DNA from: the human T2T-CHM13v2.0 reference genome, Homo sapiens
NCBI RefSeq assembly: GCF_009914755.1
Contig: NC_060942.1
DNA: 64,000 bases
Direction: 5' to 3' (one strand)
Shown: positions 1-10,600 of the stretch, in pieces
Layout: each line of letters starts with the position of its first letter
Position numbering within the stretch: position 1 is the first letter of the stretch
Notes under the pieces: model-generated
The model's input: the letters and a program-made list of their open reading frames with translations, nothing else
What the model was told of the DNA's origin: nothing
The model's database searches: none
Translations under genes and position numbers: made by a program

Positions 1-260
1 CCACAGAGTTGAACATTTCCCTTCCTAAAGCAGGTTTGAAACACTCTTTCTGTCGTATCTGGAAGTGGACATTTGGAGCACTTTGACGCCTTTGGTGAAA
101 AAGGAAATGTCTTCCCATCAAAACTAGACAGAAGCATTCAAAGAAACATTTTTGGGATATATGTACTCAACTAACAGAGTTGAACCTTTCTCTTTATAGA
201 TCAGTTTTGGAAAGCTCTTTATGTGGAATCTGCAGATGGATATTCGGATAGCTCTGAGGA

Positions 261-277
261 TTTCGTTGGAGACGGGA
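261..277 (+). promoter_or_regulatory. CENP-B box, monomer A (recurs every HOR)
   Basis: TTTCGTTGGAGACGGGA fits the core NTTCGNNNNANNCGGGN. The block-2 version TTTCGCTGGAGACGGGA also keeps the core. Confidence 0.9.
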
Positions 278-598
278 ATACATAAAGAAACTAGACAGCA
301 GCATTCTCGGGAGATTCTTTGTGATGTTTGCTTTGAAGTCACAGAGTTGAATATTCCCTTCAATAGAGCAGGTTTGAAACACTCTTTCCGTAGTATCTGG
401 AAGTGGACATTTCGATCGATTTCAGGCCTATGTTGAAAAAGGAAATATCTTAACATAAAAACTAGACAGAAGCATTCTCAGAAACGTCTTTGTGATGTGT
501 GTCCTCAACTAACAGAGTTCAACCTTTCTTATGATACAGCAGTTGGGAAACACTCTTTTTATAGAATTTGCAAGTTGATACATGGATAGCCCTAACTA

Positions 599-615
599 TT
601 TCGTTGGAAACGGGA
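599..615 (+). promoter_or_regulatory. CENP-B box, monomer C (recurs every HOR)
   Basis: Canonical TTTCGTTGGAAACGGGA. Confidence 0.95.
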
Positions 616-769
616 ATATCTTCACATAAAACCTAGACAGAAGCACTCTCAGAAACTACTTTGTGATATCTGCATTGATATCAGAGAGTTGAATATTCCC
701 TTTCTAAGGGCAGGCTTGAAAGCGTCTTTTCGTGGAATCTGCAGGAGGATATTTGGATAGCTTTGAGGG

Positions 770-786
770 TTACGTTGGAAACGGGA
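770..786 (+). other. Degenerate CENP-B box, monomer D
   Basis: TTACGTTGGAAACGGGA: the essential TTCG is changed to TACG in essentially all copies. Confidence 0.85.
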
Positions 787-936
787 TTACATGTACAAAG
801 CAGACAGCAGCATTCTCAGAAGCTTCTTTATGATGTTTGCGTTCAAGTCACAGAGTTGAACGTTCCGTTTCATAGAGCAGGTTTCAAACCTTCTTTCTGC
901 AGTATCTGGAAGTGGACATTTCGAGCGCTTTCAGGC

Positions 937-953
937 CTATGGTGAACAAGGAA
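937..953 (+). other. A-type (pJalpha-like) box, monomer E; equivalents in B, G (1279-1295) and J
   Basis: CTATGGTGAACAAGGAA / TTATGGTGAAAAAGGAA at the position homologous to the CENP-B box. Confidence 0.8.
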
Positions 954-1107
954 ATATCTTCCCATGCAAACTAGACAGAAGCATTCGCAGAAACTTGTTT
1001 GTGATGTGTGTCCTCAACTCACAGAGTTGAACATTTCGTTTGACAGAGCAGTTTGGAAACACGATTTTTGTAGAATCTGCAAGTGGATATTTGGATGGCT
1101 TTGTGGA

Positions 1108-1124
1108 TTTCGTTGGAAACGGGA
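1108..1124 (+). promoter_or_regulatory. CENP-B box, monomer F (recurs every HOR)
   Basis: Canonical TTTCGTTGGAAACGGGA. Confidence 0.95.
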
Positions 1125-1448
1125 GTATCTTCATAGAAAACCTAGACAGTAACATTCTCAGAAACGGCTTTGTGATATCCGCATTCACGTCACAGAGTTG
1201 AACATTCCCTTTCATAGAGCAGGTTTGAAACACCCTTTCTGAAGTATCTGGATGTGGGCACTTGGAGCTCTTGGACGCTTATGGTGAAAAAGGAAATATC
1301 GTCCCATAAAACCTAGACAGAAGCATTCTCACAAACTGCTTTGTGACGTATGTCGTCAGCTAACAGAGTTGAGCATTTCTATTCACAGAGCAGTTTTCAA
1401 AGACTCTTTTGGAGTATCTGCTAGTGGATATGTGGAGAGCTTTAAGGA

Positions 1449-1465
1449 TTTCACTGGAAACCGGA
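1449..1465 (+). other. Degenerate CENP-B box, monomer H
   Basis: TTTCA(C/T)TGGAAACCGGA: both the TTCG and CGGG elements are broken. Confidence 0.85.
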
Positions 1466-1619
1466 ATATCTTCAGGTAAAATCTAGACAGAGGCATTCTC
1501 AGAAACTTCTTTGTAATGTGTGTCCTCAACTAACAGTGTACAACCTATCTTTTGATACAGCACGTTGGAAACACTCTTTTTATAGAATCTGCAAGTGGAT
1601 ATTTGGATAGCTCTAACGA

Positions 1620-1636
1620 TTTCGTTGGAAACGGGA
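1620..1636 (+). promoter_or_regulatory. CENP-B box, monomer I (recurs every HOR)
   Basis: Canonical TTTCGTTGGAAACGGGA. Confidence 0.95.
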
Positions 1637-4600
1637 ATCCCTTCATATAAAATCTAGACAGTGGCACTCGCAGAAACTGCTTTGTGATATCTGCATTCAA
1701 GCCACAGAGTTGAACATTTCCCTTCCTAAAGCAGGTTTGAAACACTCTTTCTGTCGTATCTGGAAGTGGACATTTGGAGCACTTTGACGCCTTTGGTGAA
1801 AAAGGAAATGTCTTCCCATCAAAACTAGACAGAAGCATTCTAAGAAACATTTTTGGGATATATGTACTCAACTAACAGAGTTGAACCTTTCTCTTTATAG
1901 ATCAGTTTTGGAAAGCTCTTTATGTGGAATCTGCAGATGGATATTCGGATAGCTCTGAGGATTTCGTTGGAGACGGGAATACATAAAGAAACTAGACAGC
2001 AGCATTCTCGGGAGATTCTTTGTGATGTTTGCTTTGAAGTCACAGAGTTGAATATTCCCTTCAATAGAGCAGGTTTGAAACGCTCTTTCCGTAGTATCTG
2101 GAAGTGGACATTTCGATCGATTTCAGGCCTATGTTGAAAAAGGAAATATCTTAACATAAAAACTAGACAGAAGCATTCTCAGAAACGTCTTTGTGATGTG
2201 TGTCCTCAACTAACAGAGTTCAACCTTTCTTATGATACAGCAGTTGGGAAACACTCTTTTTATAGAATTTGCAAGTTGATACATGGATAGCCCTAACTAT
2301 TTCGTTGGAAACGGGAATATCTTCACATAAAACCTAGACAGAAGCACTCTCAGAAACTACTTTGTGATATCTGCATTGATATCAGAGAGTTGAATATTCC
2401 CTTTCTAAGGGCAGGCTTGAAAGCGTCTTTTCGTGGAATCTGCAGGAGGATATTTGGATAGCTTTGAGGGTTACGTTGGAAACGGGATTACATGTACAAA
2501 GCAGACAGCAGCATTCTCAGAAGCTTCTTTATGATGTTTGCGTTCAAGTCACAGAGTTGAACGTTCCCTTTCATAGAGCAGGTTTCAAACCCTCTTTCTG
2601 CAGTATCTGGAAGTGGACATTTCGAGCGCTTTCAGGCCTATGGTGAACAAGGAAATATCTTCCCATGCAAACTAGACAGAAGCATTCGCAGAAACTTGTT
2701 TGTGATGTGTGTCCTCAACTCACAGATTTGAACATTTCGTTTGACAGAGCAGTTTGGAAACACGATTTTTGTAGAATCTGCAAGTGGATATTTGGATGGC
2801 TTTGTGGATTTCATTGGAAACGGGAGTATCTTCATAGAAAACCTAGACAGTAACATTCTCAGAAACGGCTTTGTGATATCCGCATTCACGTCACAGAGTT
2901 GAACATTCCCTTTCATAGAGCAGGTTTGAAACACCCTTTCTGAAGTATCTGGATGTGGGCACTTGGAGCTCTTGGACGCTTATGGTGAAAAAGGAAATAT
3001 CGTCCCATAAAACCTAGACAGAAGCATTCTCACAAACTGCTTTGTGACGTATGTCGTCAGCTAACAGAGTTGAGCGTTTCTATTCACAGAGCAGTTTTGA
3101 AAGACTCTTTTGGAGTATCTGCTAGTGGATATGTGGAGAGCTTTAAGGATTTCACTGGAAACCGGAATGTCTTCAGGTAAAATCTAGACAGAGGCATTCT
3201 CAGAAACTTCTTTGTAATGTGTGTCCTCAACTAACAGTGTACAACCTATCTTTTGATACAGCACGTTGGAAACACTCTTTTTATAGAATCTGCAAGTGGA
3301 TATTTGGATAGCTCTAACGATTTCGTTGGAAACGGGAATACCTTCATATAAAATCTAGACAGTGGCACTCGCAGAAACTGCTTTGTGATATCTGCATTCA
3401 AGCCACAGAGTTGAACATTTCCCTTCCTAAAGCAGGTTTGAAACACTCTTTCTGTCGTATCTGGAAGTGGACATTTGGAGCACTTTGACGCCTTTGGTGA
3501 AAAAGGAAATGTCTTCCCATCAAAACTAGACAGAAGCATTCTAAGAAACATTTTTGGGATATATGTACTCAACTAACAGAGTTGAACCTTTCTCTTTATA
3601 GATCAGTTTTGGAAAGCTCTTTATGTGGAATCTGCAGATGGATATTCGGATAGCTCTGAGGATTTCGTTGGAGACGGGAATACATAAAGAAACTAGACAG
3701 CAGCATTCTCGGGAGATTCTTTGTGATGTTTGCTTTGAAGTCACAGAGTTGAATATTCCCTTCAATAGAGCAGGTTTGAAACACTCTTTCCGTAGTATCT
3801 GGAAGTGGACATTTCGATCGATTTCAGGCCTATGTTGAAAAAGGAAATATCTTAACATAAAAACTAGACAGAAGCATTCTCAGAAACGTCTTTGTGATGT
3901 GTGTCCTCAACTAACAGAGTTCAACCTTTCTTATGATACAGCAGTTGGGAAACACTCTTTTTATAGAATTTGCAAGTTGATACATGGATAGCCCTAACTA
4001 TTTCGTTGGAAACGGGAATATCTTCACATAAAACCTAGACAGAAGCACTCTCAGAAACTACTTTGTGATATCTGCATTGATATCAGAGAGTTGAATATTC
4101 CCTTTCTAAGGGCAGGCTTGAAAGCGTCTTTTCGTGGAATCTGCAGGAGGATATTTGGATAGCTTTGAGGGTTACGTTGGAAACGGGATTACATGTACAA
4201 AGCAGACAGCAGCATTCTCAGAAGCTTCTTTATGATGTTTGCGTTCAAGTCACAGAGTTGAACGTTCCGTTTCATAGAGCAGGTTTCAAACCTTCTTTCT
4301 GCAGTATCTGGAAGTGGACATTTCGAGCGCTTTCAGGCCTATGGTGAACAAGGAAATATCTTCCCATGCAAACTAGACAGAAGCATTCGCAGAAACTTGT
4401 TTGTGATGTGTGTCCTCAACTCACAGAGTTGAACATTTCGTTTGACAGAGCAGTTTGGAAACACGATATTTGTAGAATCTGCAAGTGGATATTTGGATGG
4501 CTTTGTGGATTTCGTTGGAAACGGGAGTATCCTCATAGAAAACCTAGACAGTAACATTCTCAGAAACGGCTTTGTGATATCCGCATTCACGTCACAGAGT

Positions 4601-7600
4601 TGAACATTCCGTTTCATAGAGCAGGTTTGAAACACCCTTTCTGAAGTATCTGGATGTGGGCACTTGGAGCTCTTGGACGCTTATGGTGAAAAAGGAAATA
4701 TCGTCCCATAAAACCTAGACAGAAGCATTCTCACAAACTGCTTTGTGACATATGTCGTCAGGTAACAGAGTTGAGCATTTCTATTCACAGAGCAGTTTTG
4801 AAGGACTCTTTTGGAGGATCTGCTAGTGGATATGTGGAGAGCTTTAAGGATTTCACTGGAAACCGGAATATCTTCAGGTAAAATCTAGACAGAGGCATTC
4901 TCAGAAACTTCTTTGTAATGTGTGTCCTCAACTAACAGTGTACAACCTATCTTTTGTTACAGCACGTTGGAAACACTCTTTTTATAGAATCTGCAAGTGG
5001 ATATTTGGATAGCTCTAACGATTTCGTTGGAAACTGGAATACCTTCATATAAAATCTAGACAGTGGCACTCGCAGAAACTGCTTTGTGATATCTGCATTC
5101 AAGCCACAGAGTTGAACATTTCCCTTCCTAAAGCAGGTTTGAAACACTCTTTCTGTCGTATCTGGAAGTGGACATTTGGAGCACTTTGACGCCTTTGGTG
5201 AAAAAGGAAATGTCTTCCCATCAAAACTAGACAGAAGCATTCTAAGAAACATTTTTGGGATATATGTACTCAACTAACAGAGTTGAACCTTTCTCTTTAT
5301 AGATCAGTTTTGGAAAGCTCTTTATGTGGAATCTGCAGATGGATATTCGGATAGCTCTGAGGATTTCGTTGGAGACGGGAATACATAAAGAAAGTAGACA
5401 GCAGCATTCTCGGGAGATTCTTTGTGATGTTTGCTTTGAAGTCACAGAGTTGAATATTCCCTTCAATAGAGCAGGTTTGAAACACTCTTTCTGTAGTATC
5501 TGGAAGTGGCCATTTCGATCGATTTCAGGCCTATGTTGAAAAAGGAAATATCTTAACATAAAAACTAGACAGAAGCATTCTCAGAAACGTCTTTGTGATG
5601 TGTGTCCTCAACTAACAGAGTTCAACCTTTCTTATGATACAGCAGTTGGGAAACACTCTTTTTATAGAATTTGCAAGTTGCTACATGGATAGCCCTAACT
5701 ATTTCGTTGGAAACGGGAATATCTTCACATAAAACCTAGACAGAAGCACTCTCAGAAACTACTTTGTGATATCTGCATTGATATCAGAGAGTTGAATATT
5801 CCCTTTCTAAGGGCAGGCTTGAAAGCGTCTTTTCGTGGAATCTGCAGGAGGATATTTGGATAGCTTTGAGGGTTACGTGGAAACGGGATTACATGTACAA
5901 AGCAGACAGCAGCATTCTCAGAAGCTTCTTTATGATGTTTGCGTTCAAGTCACAGAGTTGAACGTTCCCTTTCATAGAGCAGGTTTCAAACCCTCTTTCT
6001 GCAGTATCTGGAAGTGGACATTTCGAGCGCTTTCAGGCCTATGGTGAACAAGGAAATATCTTCCCATGCAAACTAGACAGAAGCATTCGCAGAAACTTGT
6101 TTGTGATGTGTGTCCTCAACTCACAGAGTTGAACATTTCGTTTGACAGAGCAGTTTGGAAACACGATTTTTGTAGAATCTGCAAGTGGATATTTGGATGG
6201 CTTTGTGGATTTCGTTGGAAACGGGAGTATCTTCATAGAAAACCTAGACAGTAACATTCTCAGAAACGGCTTTGTGATATCCGTATTCACGTCACAGAGT
6301 TGAACATTCCCTTTCATAGAGCAGGTTTGAAACACCCTTTCTGAAGTATCTGGATGTGGGCACTTGGAGCTCTTGGACGCTTATGGTGAAAAAGGAAATA
6401 TCGTCCCATCAAACCTAGACAGAAGCATTCTCACAAACTGCTTTGTGACGTATGTCGTCAGCTAACAGAGTTGAGCGTTTCTATTCACAGAGCAGTTTTG
6501 AAAGACTCTTTTGGAGTATCTGCTAGTGGATATGTGGAGAGCTTTAAGGATTTCACTGGAAACCGGAATATCTTCAGGTAAAATCTAGACAGAGGCATTC
6601 TCAGAAACTTCTTTGTAATGTGTGTCCTCAACTAACAGTGTACAACCTATCTTTTGTTACAGCACGTTGGAAACACTCTTTTTATAGAATCTGCAAGTGG
6701 ATATTTGGATAGCTCTAACGATTTCGTTGGAAACGGGAATACCTTCATATAAAATCTAGACAGTGGCACTCGCAGAAACTGCTTTGTGATATCTGCATTC
6801 AAGTCACAGAGTTGAACATTTCCCTTCCTAAAGCAGGTTTGAAACACTCTTTCTATCGTATCTGGAAGTGGACATTTGGAGCACTTTGACGCCTTTGGTG
6901 AAAAATGAAATGTCTTCCCATCAAAACTAGACAGAAACATTCTAAGAAACATTTTTGGGATATATGTACTCAACTAACAGAGTTGAACCTTTCTCTTTAT
7001 AGATCAGTTTTGGAAAGCTCTTTATGTGGAATCTGCAGATGGATATTCGGATAGCTCTGAGGATTTCGTTGGAGACGGGAATACATAAAGAAACTAGACA
7101 GCAGCATTCTCGGGAGATTCTTTGTGATGTTTGCTTTTAAGTCACAGAGTTGAATATTCCCTTCAATAGAGCAGGTTTGAAACACTCTTTCTGTGGTATC
7201 TGGAAGTGGACATTTCGATCGATTTCAGGCCTATGTTGAAAAAGGAAATATCTTAACATAAAAACTAGACAGAAGCATTCTCAGAAACGTCTTTGTGATG
7301 TGTGTCCTCAACTAACAGAGTTCAACCTTTCTTATGATACAGCAGTTGGGAAACACTCTTTTTATAGAATTTGCAAGTTGATACATGGATAGCCCTAACT
7401 ATTTCGTTGGAAACGGGAATATCTTCACATAAAACCTAGACAGAAGCACTCTCAGAAACTACTTTGTGATATCTGCATTGATATCAGAGAGTTGAATATT
7501 CCCTTTCTAAGGGCAGGCTTGAAAGCGTATTTTCGTGGAATCTGCAGGAGGATATTTGGATAGCTTTGAGGGTTACGTTGGAAACGGGATTACATGTACA

Positions 7601-10600
7601 AAGCAGACAGCAGCATTCTCAGAAGCTTCTTTATGATGTTTGCGTTCAAGTCACAGAGTTGAACGTTCCGTTTCATAGAGCAGGTTTCAAACCCTCTTTC
7701 TGCAGTATCTGGAAGTGGACATTTCGAGCGCTTTCAGGCCTATGGTGAACAAGGAAATATCTTCCCATGCAAACTAGACAGAAGCATTCGCAGAAACTTG
7801 TTTGTGATGTGTGTCCTCAACTCACAGAGTTGAACATTTCGTTTGACAGAGCAGTTTGGAAACACGATTTTTGTAGAATCTGCAAGTGGATATTTGGATG
7901 GCTTTGTGGATTTCGTTGGAAACGGGAGTATCTTCATAGAAAACCTAGACAGTAACATTCTCAGAAACGGCTTTGTGATATCCGCATTCACGTCACAGAG
8001 TTGAACATTCCCTTTCATAGAGCAGGTTTGAAACACACTTTCTGTAGTATCTGGATGTGGGCACTTGGAGCTCTTGGACGCTTATGGTGAAAAAGGAAAT
8101 ATCGTCCCATAAAACCTAGACAGAAGCATTCTCACAAACTGCTTTGAGACGTATGTCATCAGCTAACAGAGTTGAACATTTCTATTCACAGAGCAGTTTT
8201 GAAAGACTCCTTTGGAGTATCTGCTAGTGGATATGTGGAGAGCTTTAAGGATTTCATCGGAAACCGGAATATCCTCAGGTAAAATCTAGACAGAGGCATT
8301 CTCAGAAACTTCTTTGTAATGTGTGTCCTCAACTAACAGTGTACAACCTATCTTTTGATACAGCACGTTGGAAACACTCTTTTTATAGAATCTGCAAGTG
8401 GATATTTGGATAGCTCTAACGATTTCGTTGGAAACGGGAATACCTTCATATAAAATCTAGACAGTGGCACTCGCAGAAACTGCTTTGTGATATCTGCATT
8501 CAAGCCACAGAGTTGAACATTTCCCTTCCTAAAGCAGGTTTGAAACACTCTTTCTGTCGTATCTGGAAGTGGACATTTGGAGCACTTTGACGCCTTTGGT
8601 GAAAAAGGAAATGTCTTCCCATCAAAACTAGACAGAAGCATTCTAAGAAACATTTTTGGGATATATGTACTCAACTAACAGATTTGAAGCTTTCTCTTTA
8701 TAGATCAGTTTTGGAAAGCTCTTTATGTGGAATCTGCAGATGGATATTCGGATAGCTCTGAGGATTTCGTTGGAGACGGGAATACATAAAGAAAGTAGAC
8801 AGCAGCATTCTCGGGAGATTCTTTGTGATGTTTGCTTTGAAGTCACAGAGTTGAATATTCCCTTCAATAGAGCAGGTTTGAAACACTCTTTCTGTAGTAT
8901 CTGGAAGTGGACATTTCGATCGATTTCAGGCCTATGTTGAAAAAGGAAATATCTTAACATAAAAACTAGACAGAAGCATTCTCAGAAACGTCTTTGTGAT
9001 GTGTGTCCTCAACTAACAGAGTTCAACCTTTCTTATGATACAGCAGTTGGGAAACACTCTTTTTATAGAATTTGCAAGTTGCTACATGGATAGCCCTAAC
9101 TATTTCGTTGGAAACGGGAATATCTTCACATAAAACCTAGACAGAAGCACTCTCAGAAACTACTTTGTGATATCTGCATTGATATCAGAGAGTTGAATAT
9201 TCCCTTTCTAAGGGCAGGCTTGAAAGCGTCTTTTCGTGGAATCTGCAGGAGGATATTTGGATAGCTTTGAGGGTTACGTGGAAACGGGATTACATGTACA
9301 AAGCAGACAGCAGCATTCTCAGAAGCTTCTTTATGATGTTTGCGTTCAAGTCACAGAGTTGAACGTTCCCTTTCATAGAGCAGGTTTCAAACCCTCTTTC
9401 TGCAGTATCTGGAAGTGGACATTTCGAGCGCTTTCAGGCCTATGGTGAACAAGGAAATATCTTCCCATGCAAACTAGACAGAAGCATTCGCAGAAACTTG
9501 TTTGTGATGTGTGTCCTCAACTCACAGAGTTGAACATTTCGTTTGACAGAGCAGTTTGGAAACACGATTTTTGTAGAATCTGCAAGTGGATATTTGGATG
9601 GCTTTGTGGATTTCGTTGGAAACGGGAGTATCTTCATAGAAAACCTAGACAGTAACATTCTCAGAAACGGCTTTGTGATATCCGTATTCACGTCACAGAG
9701 TTGAACATTCCCTTTCATAGAGCAGGTTTGAAACACCCTTTCTGAAGTATCTGGATGTGGGCACTTGGAGCTCTTGGACGCTTATGGTGAAAAAGGAAAT
9801 ATCGTCCCATAAAACCTAGACAGAAGCATTCTCACAAACTGCTTTGTGACGTATGTCGTCAGCTAACAGAGTTGAGCGTTTCTATTCACAGAGCAGTTTT
9901 GAAAGACTCTTTTGGAGTATCTGCTAGTGGATATGTGGAGAGCTTTAAGGATTTCACTGGAAACCGGAATATCTTCAGGTAAAATCTAGACAGAGGCATT
10001 CTCAGAAACTTCTTTGTAATGTGTGTCCTCAACTAACAGTGTACAACCTATCTTTTGTTACAGCACGTTGGAAACACTCTTTTTATAGAATCTGCAAGTG
10101 GATATTTGGATAGCTCTAACGATTTCGTTGGAAACGGGAATACCTTCATATAAAATCTAGACAGTGGCACTCGCAGAAACTGCTTTGTGATACCTGCATT
10201 CAAGCCACAGAGTTGAACATTTCCCTTCCTAAAGCAGGTTTGAAACACTCTTTCTGTCGTATCTGGAAGTGGACATTTGGAGCACTTTGACGCCTTTGGT
10301 GAAAAAGGAAATGTCTTCCCATCAAAACTAGACAGAAACATTCTAAGAAACATTTTTGGGATATATGTACTCAACTAACAGAGTTGAACCTTTCTCTTTA
10401 TAGATCAGTTTTGGAAAGCTCTTTATGTGGAATCTGCAGATGGATATTCGGATAGCTCTGAGGATTTCGTTGGAGACGGGAATACATAAAGAAACTAGAC
10501 AGCAGCATTCTCGGGAGATTCTTTGTGATGTTTGCTTTTAAGTCACAGAGTTGAATATTCCCTTCAATAGAGCAGGTTTGAAACACTCTTTCTGTAGTAT

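Larger units (their letters stand above)
135..1835 (+). repeat. One complete 10-mer HOR unit (approx. A 135-301, B 302-472, C 473-643, D 644-810, E 811-981, F 982-1152, G 1153-1323, H 1324-1493, I 1494-1664, J 1665-1835); box-type order B-A-B-B*-A-B-A-B*-B-A (* = dead box). Probable SF2 family, D18Z2-like candidate
   Basis: Monomers were delimited at CATTCT/CACTCT. A and D are short (167 bp, GGA(A/T)TACAT...AGACAGCAG end). CAAGTCACAGAGTTGAAC...TAGTATCTGGAAGTGGACATTT...TCAGGCCTATGG and the short GGATTACAT end match my recollection of SF2 D2/D1 monomers. The chromosome assignment rests on recalled HOR size only and was not verified. Confidence 0.75.

Noticed and set aside
135-1835. Pentameric (SF3, W1-W5) organisation suggested by the BABBA-BABBA box pattern
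   Set aside because: The SF3 order is BBBAA, and the strongest monomer similarities here (C~F~I, G~J, B~E, A~D 3' half) do not follow a five-monomer period.
135-1835. Firm assignment to a named array (D18Z2, or the SF1 1.7-kb 10-mer D16Z2)
   Set aside because: The monomers look SF2 rather than SF1, which argues against D16Z2. Distinguishing D18Z2 from sister SF2 HORs needs a HumAS-HMMER or BLAST search against T2T-CHM13, which I cannot run.
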